Source: an uncultured Chloroflexia bacterium (GTDB lineage Bacteria > Chloroflexota > Chloroflexia > QHBQ01 > JAICKM01). From it: DNA of 64,000 nt. The notes under the pieces are model-generated. The model saw nothing but the letters and a program-made list of their open reading frames with translations, had not been told where the DNA came from and made no database searches. A program made the position numbers and the translations under genes. Numbering within the stretch: the first letter of the stretch is position 1; every line of letters starts with the position of its first letter. The DNA lies in the NCBI GenBank assembly GCA_963784695.1, contig CAWARZ010000006.1, forward strand, positions 979,647 to 1,043,646, read 5' to 3'. Shown one piece after another: positions 11,060 to 20,366 of this stretch.

Positions 11060-11155
11060 ATCACATCCTTCCTGCGTGCCGGCCCGGGCGCGACAGGCGC
11101 GCTCCCCAGCCCGGTCCATCCGCGAATACCCGTCTGCCGGCAGGTATATAGGGGT

Positions 11156-11164
11156 ATTATACCA
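11156..11164 (-). promoter_or_regulatory. extended -10 element TGGTATAAT (minus strand)
   Basis: The reverse complement of ATTATACCA reads TGGTATAAT. It lies about 95 nt upstream of the XRE-TPR start at 11059. Confidence 0.4.
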
Positions 11165-12101
11165 GGCCGGTTGGAAGCCGCACAACCGGCGGCGGGCCAG
11201 GCGTTCCCCCACGGCTCGGGGCTCTTCGGCACTGTTGGTGAAGCTGGACCACTTGCGTCGGTCTCGCGAGTTAGATTTGCCCAGAGTGGGGACACGCCGA
11301 AAGTCCGGGCCCCGATTCGGAGTGCCCGTGGGGCGGGATTCGCCATCTTCACCAAAAGTGCCGACGAGCCAGATCGGGCGCGCACTTCAGATGTTACGTC
11401 AGACAATTCTGCGATTACAGCCTACCCTACCGTATGCTCTGTTTGGAGCGCGGGAAGGGCCGAGAGGTCTTACCTGTCGCGATAAGAAGTCTTCGAATCC
11501 GCGGGCGCTATCCACGCACAACCAGGCACTCGGTGTTCGGAATCGATATCTGAAAGACGATAGTGACTCTGACCGGGGATGAACAAGCCACCGCGCGTCT
11601 GACTCCTCTGGCCCCCGCGGCGCCCCTGCATGCGCAAGAGGAGGAGTGGCGCAAGTTGCTGCACGCGGTGGTGGAGCAGTTGCTGCGCGAAGGCATTGCC
11701 TCCCGCGCGAAATCCGGCGGGGTGAAACGCACAAAACTTGGGGGAGGCCGCCAGCAGCAGCGCGGCGGCTCTGGTGGTGCTCGCCATGCATGCGCGGGCC
11801 GGGCTCGGGGGTTTTTGGACGGGCGTGTGGCGGGCGGCGTCATCGGCAACGCAAGGCAACTCCTCTTGCTTGTGCGCATTGGAAGCGGACACACTCGCGA
11901 TCACTGAGTGACCTGCGCAGCGAGTCGCGTCTGGACACGGCCTCGCATATGTGCTAGACTTGGCGCAGCGCCGCCGGTGCTCACCCAATGCTCGCGCAAA
12001 TATAGGCAGGATCTGGCGCATCCCACACGCGATATACCGCATTTAGCCCGTATGCGAATGTGCGTCGCGCGCTGCCTGCGGGCGGAAGGAGTGTACTGCG
12101 G

Positions 12102-14356
12102 ATGACCGATCGACGGATGTGGCTGGCGGCCGTGTGCGCACTGGTCGTCTGTGGAGGCGCGGCCGTCGCCCTGACCCGCCCCCCGCTGCACGCCGCGCCG
12201 GGCCCACCGCGCGCTGTGGCGACGGCGGGCACGGTCGTGCCGCTGACCGAGGGCTTCGAAGGCGGGTTGGACTCCTTCACCAGCTTTAGCATTGGCTGTG
12301 CGATGACCCGTTGCCTCTGGGGCTCGACGACGACCGCCTCCCACACCGGGACGCACGCGGCCTTTGCTGCCGACGTCCCCGAGGTCGGGGATGACAATCT
12401 GGTGCTGGTGAACGCCCTGGCGATCCCGGCGAATGCGACGAGCGCCAGTCTCACCTTCTGGCACAACTACGGCTTTGAATACAGCGGCAACAGCTTCTAC
12501 GACGGGGGCGTGCTCGAACTCTCCACCGACGCCGGCACGTCCTGGGCCGATGCGGGCACCCAGATCACCGTAGGCGGCTACAACGGCACGATTGCCACCG
12601 GCTCCGGCAACCCGCTGGCCGGGCGCGCCGGCTGGGTCGCGACCACGGCGGGCACGTGGACGCAGGTGCAGGTCAACCTGCTCCCCTACCGCGGCCCCAG
12701 CTTCCTGCTCCGCCTGCGCTTCGGCACAGACAACAGCAACGTTAGCTCGGTCGCCGGCTGGTGGGTCGACGACGTCCAGGTCAGCTATGACGCACCGCTG
12801 GCCTCCTGCGCGCGCGCCTGGGACCAGCCCGCCGTCTACCCGGGCGCGGTCGCGGGGCCCGCCGTCGCGAGCCTGGGCGGCTTGCTCTACAGCTTCGGCG
12901 GGAAAACCACGACGGCGCAAGCGGCCGCCTATCGCTACGACCCGGCCGGTGGCGCCTGGACGCCGATCGCCGCGCTCCCCGAGGCGCGCGCCTTTGCCAG
13001 TGCGGTCACCGACGGTAGCGCGATCTACATCCTGGGCGGCAGCGATACCGGCAACCAACCGACGGCCACGCTCTGGCGCTATGACCCGGCGACGAACAGT
13101 TATGTGACCCTGGCCCCGTATACCACGGCCACCCTGGGCCAGGGCGCGGCCTATCTGAACGGCCGGATCTACCGCATCGCCGGCGAGGTGGATCCGACCC
13201 AGGGCACCAGCACGACTACCGTCGAGGTCTATACCGTCGCCACGAACATGTGGGCCGCCGCGCCCGCCTATCCGCAAGCGGTCTTTGGCCTGGCCGTGCT
13301 CGCGCTGGGGGGGGACATCTATACCGCGGGCGGCGCGCAATACCTCGGGCTCACGGCCAAGACCTACCGCTATGATCCCGGCGCGGGCGTCTGGGACGAT
13401 GGCCCCATCGCCGACCTGCCCGGCCCCGCCGGCTCCACAGCGGCCGGGTTCTACAACGGCCGGTGGCTGTTGGCCGCGGGCGGGTACGGGTCCACTGCCA
13501 ATGTGGTCACCTGGGACCCGGCGGCCAATACGTGGAGCAGCCTCGACGAGGCGCCGCAGGCGGTCACCCAGGCGGGCGGCGCGGTGGCCGGAAGCGCCTT
13601 CTATATGGTCGGCGGCCGGGTAGGCAGCGCGCCGACGAACGTCACGCAAGCGTACACGGAGACCGCGTGCGCCACGCCAGAGCCCCCACGCCGCCGCCCA
13701 CCGCGACGCCCGGCGTCAGCCCGACGGCCTGCCCGGTGCAGTTCAGCGACGTGCCCACCGGCAGCCCTTTCTATGCCTATGTGCGCTGCCTGGCCTGCCG
13801 CGGCATCGTCGGCGGGTATGCGGATGGCTCCTTCCATGTCGGCGCCTCCGTCACGCGCGGCCAACTCGCCAAATTCGTCGCCAACGCGGCCGGCTACGCG
13901 GACAGCATCCCGCCCGGGCAACAGACCTTCGTCGACGTGCCGCCCGCTAACCCCTTCTGGCTCTTCGTCGAGCGCGCCGCCGCGCACCAGGTGATCAGCG
14001 GCTACGCCTGCGGAGGCACCGGCGAGCCCTGTCCGGGGCTCTACTTTCGCCCTGCCGCCACGGTGACGCGCGGCCAGACCGCCAAGTTCGTCGCCAATGC
14101 CGCCGGCTACGCGGACAGCATCCCGCCCGGGCAACAGACCTTCGTCGACGTGCCGCCCGCGAACCCGTTCTGGCTCTTCGTCGAGCGCGCCGCCGCGCAC
14201 CAGGTGATCAGCGGCTACGCCTGCGGAGGCGCCGGCGAGCCCTGCCCGGGGCTCTACTACCGGCCCGTTGCGCCCGTGACGCGCGGCCAGACCGCCAAGT
14301 TCATTTCCAACGCCTTCTTCCCGAACTGCCAGACGCCGGCGTTGGGCAAGCCGTAG
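12102..14356 (+). pseudogene. secreted surface protein: jelly-roll (MAM/LamG-like) domain, Kelch beta-propeller and SLH-like anchor repeats; frame change in a C5 run at 13683-13687
   Basis: The ATG at 12102 lies behind GGAAGGAG and gives the signal or TM segment MTDRRMWLAAVCALVVCGGAAVA. Kelch blades recur as YRYDPxxxxW...GG. ORF 12060..13994 decays into an Arg/Pro tail after ...TETACATPEPP. ORF 13463..14356 continues with TPPPTATPGVSPTACPVQFSDVPTGSPFY...GYADGSFHVGASVTRGQLAKFV and two more SLH-like repeats. Confidence 0.8.
13850..14310 (+). repeat. 213-bp (71-codon) tandem direct repeat inside the SLH-like anchor region, 2.2 copies
   Basis: Copies start at 13850, 14063 and 14276 (GT[CG]ACGCGCGGCCA...). 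The central roughly 150 bp (GGCTACGCGGACAGCATCCCGCCCGGGCAACAGACCTTCGTCGACGTGCCGCCCGC...CAGGTGATCAGCGGCTACGCCTGCGGAGGC) differs at only a few positions between copies 1 and 2. Confidence 0.85.
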
Positions 14357-15136
14357 CGCGCCTGGGGACAAGTCTGCATTGCGCCGTTTATCAGGCGGGC
14401 AAGCACGTCCATGCTGCCGCACGACGTCGAGGTACAGCCCAGAGCTGGGGCCGCGGAGATGATCCGGCGGCACCAGGCGAAGCAGGACACCACGGGAGAG
14501 TCGGGGGGCGTGCCGCCGCGAGAGTAGCGGCCACCGCCCCGGCCCGGCGGCTGAGGACTCAGCGCGTCGCGCCACGGTTGCTCGGGGAGGCTGCGCCCCC
14601 AGGGATGATTCCAACAGAGCCGCGGAATAAGGATAGCGCCTGTCCTGATGCGTGACCCCCCGAGGTCTTGTCGCCCCCATCGCCGCCCGTACATTTCGCG
14701 CTGAACCTTTCCAGTGGCCCTGCCTGCGACGGCGTGTGATCACCACAATAGCGGAATAGCCAGAATCGGGTGTGCAATTCTCGGGGCGGCGCTGTACTCC
14801 GGGTGCGGGCCCGTTCGTCTGCTCCTGCCTCGCGGCCCCTGGTCATCCTGGTCCACGGGACGGATCTCCGTGCCGGGATGGTGCCGCCCGCCAGGGGTTT
14901 GCCCACCTCCGAGCCTCCCGCACGTCGGGCGGCGGCCCCAGGGCACACGCTGCGGCGCGGAGACCCTTTACTTACGTTCAGGGTGACCAGGAGGAGGGCC
15001 TGGAGCGCTTAAGTGGGCGCATACGTGGCGGCCCCCCTCCCTCGTAGATCGCGGATTGTCGCGACAGAAGTAGCATACCCTGGAGTCGCGGTGCGTCCGC
15101 GAGGTGGCATATCCGGGCCGGGGCGGTGCGGCGACC

Positions 15137-15310
15137 GGGCGACCACAGGGGGCGCCCCTACAATCGACGTGGTCCGCGATTGCGAGCCGCCGGACACCCT
15201 CGGCCCGCCTGCCTGGACGGATTCGCCGGCCCCCGACAGGGTGGAGGGGCGGCCGGGCGATCACAGGGGTTGCGCCTACATTCGGCGTAGCCGCGAATGC
15301 ATGCCGCCGG
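15137..15310 (+). repeat. two degenerate direct copies (about 57 nt, 118 bp apart) of a GGGCGAYCACAGGGG...CCTACAWTCG...CCGCGAWTGC...GCCGCCGG element in a 1-kb non-coding region
   Basis: Copy 15137..15193 and copy 15255..15310 align at roughly three quarters identity. A third weaker copy of the CTAC..ATCGCG..ATTG part lies near 15044..15075. The 5' module also matches the hairpin at 7580. Confidence 0.45.
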
Positions 15311-15373
15311 GGACTCCGCTAATCCCGCCGGGGCGGGATTGCCCGCCCCCGGCGGCTCGGGTCAGGGCCGAGT

Positions 15374-17194
15374 TTACCCGACCAGACCGATGAAGCGGTC
15401 GATGTCCTGGCGAATGACGCCGAGGCTGGCCCGCCAGAAGTCAGGCGTGCGCACGTCGATGCCGAAGCGCGCAGCCAACGTCGCGGCGTCGGCCAGGCCG
15501 GTTGAGGCGAGCAGGGAGTCGTAGCCGGCGCGGAAGGCGCCCGCATCCTGCTGGTAGCGCGCGTAGAGGCCCAGCCCGAAGAGCAGCCCGAACATGTAGG
15601 GGTAGTTGTAAAACGAGCGCGTGCTATAGTAGTGGCTCTTGACCGCCCACATGTAGGGGTGCAGAGCATCGGGAACAACGCCATCGCCGTAGGTCTGGCG
15701 CTGGGAGTCGAGCATGAGCGCGTTGAGCTCGTCGACCGCGAGGTCGCGACGGCGCCGGCCGGAGAAGACCGCCTCCTCGAACTGGAAGCGGCTGCTGATG
15801 TCGACCACGACCTGGCAGCTATCCTGCAGCGAGGCCTCCAGAATGGCCAGCTGCTCGGCGGGATCGGCCTCGGCGAGCGCGGCGTGGCGCACGATCGTCT
15901 CGCAGAAGATGCTGGCCGTCTCGGCGAGGGTCATCGGCGTCATCTTCTGCAAGGGCGTGCGATCGGCGAGGTTGAGGTTGTGGTAGCCGTGGCCGAGCTC
16001 GTGGGCCAGCGTGCTCATGCCGCCGTAGGCGGGCTTGAAGTTGGCCAGGATGCGCAACTCGTCCGCGCGCAGCGACATGCAGAAGGCGCCGTCCTGCTTG
16101 CCCGGCCGGGGCTCGGCGTCGATCCAGTGCTCGCGGAAGGCGCGGGCGGCGTAGTCGCTGAGGCGGGGCGAATAGGTGGCGAACTGCTTGACGATGAAGT
16201 CGGACGCGGCGTCGAAGCTCCAGACCGCCGTGCTCTCGCCCACCGGGGCGAAGAGATCGTACCAGGCGAGGCGCGGCAGGCCGAGCGCTTTGGCTTTGGC
16301 GTGCAGGTAGCGGCGGAAGTCGGGAAACGACTCGCGGGCAGCGGTGAACATCGCGTCGAGCGTGGCGCGGTCGATATTGCTATTGAATAGCGAGGCGTCG
16401 AGCGCGGTGGCCCAGCCGCGGCGACGGGTGAGCGTGTTGACCTCGCCCTTGATGCCGTTGAGCGCGGCAGCGATGGGCACGGCCGTGCGGGCCCAGGCGG
16501 CAAGCTCGGCCTCGTAGCCGGCGCGGCGCGCGGCGCGATCCGGCTCGAAGGCCAGATTGCGCACGGCGGGCATCGGCAGCACCTGGGTGCCGCCGGGCAA
16601 ATCCACGGGCACTTCCAGCTGCGAGGCGACATTGCTGCGCATGCGGCCCCAGGCGGTGCTGCCGCTCGGCGCAAGCTCGGCAGCCAGCGCCTCCTCGGCC
16701 GGCGACATGAGATGCGCCGCTTCCTCGTGCGCCTTCTGGAGCATAAAGGCGTGAGCCACGGCGACCGGCGATTGCGCGACGAGCGCGTCGACGTCGACGC
16801 CGCCGATCCAGGCAGTAAAGCGGGTGCCCAGCTGGGACAGCCGCACGGTATGCTGGTCGAGCTCGCTGGAGCGCGCCTGGGCAAGGTCATCGCGCGAGTT
16901 GGTCGTGACGAAGCTGCCGATATAGGCGCGGATGGTGCGCCCGGTATCGAGCACGTCGTTCCAGCGGGGCAGCACGGCTTCCAGCGCGTTCACGGTCGCC
17001 GCGTCGACCGGGCGCGGGGGCTGCTGGCGGATATCGTAGTGGTCGAAGAGCGTCGCGAGATCGTCGATAGCGGCGATGAAGGCGGCGAACGCCGCCTGGA
17101 ACTCGGGCGACTCCAGGTTCGGGAAGACGACGGTCATGTCCCAGTGGGGCAAGACCTCCGGGGTGGTCGTGTCATGGGCGGTGGTATCAGTCAT
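15374..17194 (-). CDS. pepF: M3-family oligoendopeptidase F
   Basis: Track ORF 15374..17341. The ATG at 17194 lies behind GGAG. It has the zinc motif HELGHGYH and typical PepF length and sequence (...GKQDGAFCMS...FKPAYGGMSTLAHELGHG...). Confidence 0.9.
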   Translation of the reverse strand: MTDTTAHDTTTPEVLPHWDMTVVFPNLESPEFQAAFAAFIAAIDDLATLFDHYDIRQQPPRPVDAATVNALEAVLPRWNDVLDTGRTIRAYIGSFVTTNSRDDLAQARSSELDQHTVRLSQLGTRFTAWIGGVDVDALVAQSPVAVAHAFMLQKAHEEAAHLMSPAEEALAAELAPSGSTAWGRMRSNVASQLEVPVDLPGGTQVLPMPAVRNLAFEPDRAARRAGYEAELAAWARTAVPIAAALNGIKGEVNTLTRRRGWATALDASLFNSNIDRATLDAMFTAARESFPDFRRYLHAKAKALGLPRLAWYDLFAPVGESTAVWSFDAASDFIVKQFATYSPRLSDYAARAFREHWIDAEPRPGKQDGAFCMSLRADELRILANFKPAYGGMSTLAHELGHGYHNLNLADRTPLQKMTPMTLAETASIFCETIVRHAALAEADPAEQLAILEASLQDSCQVVVDISSRFQFEEAVFSGRRRRDLAVDELNALMLDSQRQTYGDGVVPDALHPYMWAVKSHYYSTRSFYNYPYMFGLLFGLGLYARYQQDAGAFRAGYDSLLASTGLADAATLAARFGIDVRTPDFWRASLGVIRQDIDRFIGLVG

Positions 17195-18099
17195 CGGTGA
17201 CTCCTGCGTTGCCGGCCGGAATCTCCTCCCGGCAGGGATCGAAAGCCGGATCCTGGTCTGCATTATCGGCGAGCTTGGGATCCAGCGACAGCGCCGCGCC
17301 GAGCCATTCGAGGGCTTCGCGGCAGCGGCCGCCGTGGGCATAGGCCCAGGCGATGCGGTAGATGACCTCGGGATCGTCCGGCCAATAGGTCAGGATGCGC
17401 TGGAAATCGCCGACGGCCGCCAGCGGCTCGCCCGCGCGCACGTGGGTGGTCCCGAGGTTGTAGAGCGTATCGGGGCGTGCCGGCTCCAGGGCCAGCGCGC
17501 GGGTGAAATCGTCGAGAGCGCCGGGCAGGTCACCGAGCGAGCGCCGGGCCAGGCCGCGGTTGTTCAGCACGCGCGGCTGGTCGGGCGCCAGGGCCAGCGA
17601 GCGGTTGAAGTCGGCCAGGGCACCGGGCAGATCCTCGAGCACGGCGCGGGCCAGGCCGCGGCTGTTCAGCGCGCCGAGGTGATCGGCCTGTAGCTCCAGC
17701 GCGCGGGTAAGGTCGGCCAGGGCGGCGGGCAGCGCGCCGGTCTCCTGATAGAAGACGGCGCGGTGGTAGAGGACGTCGGGGTCGTCGGGAGCGAGAGCCA
17801 CGGCGGCGGAGAAGTCGATCCCGGCGGATTCAAGGTCGCCGAGCTCGCGGAGCACGAGCGCGCGCACCGTGCGCGCGGTGAGGTGATTCGTCATTGAGGT
17901 CGAGTGCGGCGTCGAGATCGGTCAGTGCCCCCTCGAGGTCGCCCAGCTCGCGCCGCAGCAACCCCCGCCCGAGCAGGCCGGCAAAGGCCGTGGGATCGCG
18001 TTCGAGGGCCGCGGTGAACGCGTCGAGCGCCCCGCCCAAGTCCCCTTCCCCGGCCAACCGGGCCGCCATCGCGAGATACTCCTCCACATCGGAAGCCAT
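17187..18099 (-). pseudogene. TPR-repeat protein, probable single frame change near 17883-17897 (alternatively two overlapping TPR genes)
   Basis: ORF 17830..18099 (MASDVEEYLAMAARLAGEGDLGGALDAFTAALERDP...DLDAALDLN) turns into an Arg-rich tail exactly where ORF 17187..17894 begins to read TPR sequence (NHLTARTVRALVLRELGDLESA...). The stop overlaps the pepF start by 8 nt. Confidence 0.6.
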
Positions 18100-18139
18100 A
18101 GATCCGCACCTCCTGGCTGCAAGCCGTCCTGGAATACCG

Positions 18140-18156
18140 TGTGGTATAATACCACA
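18140..18156 (+). promoter_or_regulatory. perfect 17-bp palindrome TGTGGTAT-A-ATACCACA containing the extended -10 TGGTATAAT
   Basis: It lies in the 80-bp divergent region between the TPR gene (start 18099, minus strand) and ogt (start 18180, plus strand). TG is at 18142-18143 and TATAAT at 18145-18150. Confidence 0.45.
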
Positions 18157-18179
18157 AGTTCAGCAGGAAAGGTTACCGT

Positions 18180-18761
18180 GTGGAGTCGCGCAGCAGCCTG
18201 CTTCCCGGCCAGGGCCCGCCGCCGGAAGTGACCCCCGTGCATTGGGATCGCCTCGTCACCGCGCTCGGCCCGGTGTACGTCGCGGCCGCGCCGAGCGGCG
18301 TGGTCGCGGTCGAGACCTGGGCGCCCGACGGCGCCACGTTCGCCGACCGCCTGGCCGACGCCCTGGGCCCGCGCGCTCAGCTGATCGCGGGCGGCAGCCC
18401 CGTGCTCGACGCCGCCCTGGCGGAGCTCGCGGCCTATTTCGCCGGGCGCTTGCAGACCTTCACCGTGCCGCTCGACTGGCGCCTGCTGGCGGCCGGGTTC
18501 CAGCGCCACGTGCTGCAGACGCTGCAGAGCGTGCCCTGGGGCCACCTGGTGAGCTACGGCGAACTGGCCCGCCGGGCCGGCGCCCCGCGCGCCGCCCGCG
18601 CCGTGGGCCGCGCCTGCGGCGTGAACCCGCTGCCGATCCTGGTCCCCTGCCACCGCGTGGTGCGGGCCGACGGCGGCATCGGCGGCTACGGCCGCACGGG
18701 CGTCGCCTACAAGCGCGCGCTGCTCGCGATCGAACATGTGACCTTCCCGGTCGGGCGCTGA
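18180..18761 (+). CDS. ogt: methylated-DNA--protein-cysteine methyltransferase
   Basis: Track ORF 18180..18761 (GTG start). It has the active-site motif LPILVPCHRVV and the upstream SYGELARRAGAPRAARAVGRACGVNP helix-turn-wing region. Confidence 0.85.
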   Translation: MESRSSLLPGQGPPPEVTPVHWDRLVTALGPVYVAAAPSGVVAVETWAPDGATFADRLADALGPRAQLIAGGSPVLDAALAELAAYFAGRLQTFTVPLDWRLLAAGFQRHVLQTLQSVPWGHLVSYGELARRAGAPRAARAVGRACGVNPLPILVPCHRVVRADGGIGGYGRTGVAYKRALLAIEHVTFPVGR

Positions 18762-18791
18762 GCCGCGGCCCCGATCAGAAACGGAACCCTG

Positions 18792-20358
18792 ATGGCTACC
18801 ACCGAGACCCCGCCGCCGCCCGGTCGCGGCGGAAGTCCCGCACCCCAGACGCACAAGGGCTTGATCATCGCCGCCGTCATGCTGACCACGGCGCTGTCGG
18901 CCCTCGACGCGAACATCGTGGGCACGGCGATCCCGAGCATCGTCGGCGCGCTGCGGGGGCTGTCCCTGCTGCCCTGGCTGGTCACGGCCTTCCTACTCAG
19001 CTCGACGGTGAGCATCCCGCTCTACGGTAAGCTGGCCGACATCTACGGCCGCAAGCCGGTGCTGCTCTTCGGCGTCACGCTCTTCCTGATCGGCTCGGCG
19101 CTCTGCGGGCTGGCAGGCTCGATGGAGCAGCTGATCGCCTTCCGGGCGGTGCAGGGGCTGGGCGCCGGCAGCGTGGTACCCGTGACGCTGACGCTGATCG
19201 GCGACCTGTTTCCCGCTGGCTGAGCGGGCACGCCTGCAGGGCATCTTCAGCGCGGTCTGGGGCGTGTCGAGCCTGCTGGGGCCGCTGATCGGCGGCTTCA
19301 TCGTCACGGCCTGGGGCTGGCCGTGGGTCTTCTTCATCAACGTACCCGTCGGGTTGCTGGCGATGAGCATCCTCGTCGTCTACCTGCGCGAGCCGGCGCG
19401 GCCGGCGGGGCGGCGCCCGCGGCTCGACCTGCTCGGGGCGGCTACGCTGACGGCGGGCACCGGGTCAGCCCTGGTGGCGATCAGCGTGCTCGGGAACGGC
19501 ACCGGCTGGACGAGCCCGCTCTTCCTCGGGCTCGTCGCGGCGGCGGTGGCGATGGTGGTCGCATTCGTGGCGATCGAGCGACGCACCGCGGAGCCGCTGG
19601 TGCCGCTCGACCTGCTGACCACGCCACTCAACCGCGTCTCGGCGCTGGCGGGCGTCTTCGCGTCGGGCGTGGTCTTCGGCGGCGGGGCGTACCTGCCGCT
19701 GCTGGTGCAGGGGGTCTGGCAGGGCACGCCACTGGAGGCCGGCCTGGCGCTCGCGCCGGTGTCGATTGGCTGGCCGGTCGCCAGCACACTGGCAGGCCGT
19801 CTGCTGCTGCGCGTCGGCTACCGGCCGGTGCTGATCACCGGCACGACGGCCGTGCTGCTCGGCAGCCTGTTGCTGCTGCCGCTGAGTTCCACGAGCCCGG
19901 TTTGGCTGCTGCCGCTGGGCATGTTCGTGCAGGGCCTGGGGTTCGGGACGAACTTCACCTGCATGCTGCTGGCGGTGCAGAACGCGGTGCCCTGGAACCG
20001 GCGCGGCGCGGCCACGAGCATGTACCAGTTCGCGCGCAACATGGGCGGCACGCTCGCCGTGGCCGTGCTCGGCCTGGTGCTGACGGCGGCGCTCAGCGGG
20101 GCGCTGAACCAGCTTGGTCCGGCCATCCTGGGCCAGGTGGCCACGGCGGGCGGCGGCGGGGGCGCGGGCGGCCAGCTCGGGGCGGCGAGCGTATTGCTCG
20201 ACCTGCACGCGCGCGACCTGCTCGCCGCGCCGGCCAAGACGGCGCTGATCGGCGCGCTAATGGACGGCCTCCGGCCGGTGATCTGGGCCCTGGCCATCCT
20301 GTCGGCCGCCACGCTCGGCGTGACGGCGCTCTTCCCCCGCCAGATCCGGCCGGAGTAG
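18792..20358 (+). pseudogene. MFS transporter (DHA2/EmrB-like, 14-TM type), frame change near 19209-19215
   Basis: ORF 18792..19223 (…LDANIVGTAIPSIVGALRGLSLLPWLVTAFLLSSTVSIPLYGKLADIYGRKPVLLFG...LIGDLFPAG*) stops where the next frame reads the expected continuation ERARLQGIFSAVWGVSSLLGPLIGGFIV (ORF 19264..20358). The lesion sits at a TTTCCC run. Confidence 0.8.
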
Positions 20359-20366
20359 CGGGCGGC

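Noticed and set aside
11299-11310. GAAAGTCCGGGC string resembling the RNase P RNA P4 core (GAGGAAAGUCCGGGCUCC)
   Set aside because: The flanks do not match (GCCGAAAGTCCGGGCCCC). None of the other universally conserved RNase P blocks (GGUAAGAGCGCACC-type P10-12 region, ACAGAAxCCGGCUUA) occurs within 500 nt on either side.
13850-14310. The tandem repeat as a CRISPR array or a DGR template/variable repeat pair
   Set aside because: The unit is 213 bp, in frame and coding (SLH-like module), with no spacer structure. Differences between copies are not adenine-specific. No reverse transcriptase or cas gene lies in the window.
17187-17194. The 8-nt overlap of the TPR gene stop with the pepF start as a sign of mis-called starts
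   Set aside because: The pepF ATG at 17194 has a GGAG at proper spacing and gives a normal PepF N-terminus. Short overlaps are typical of translationally coupled operon genes.
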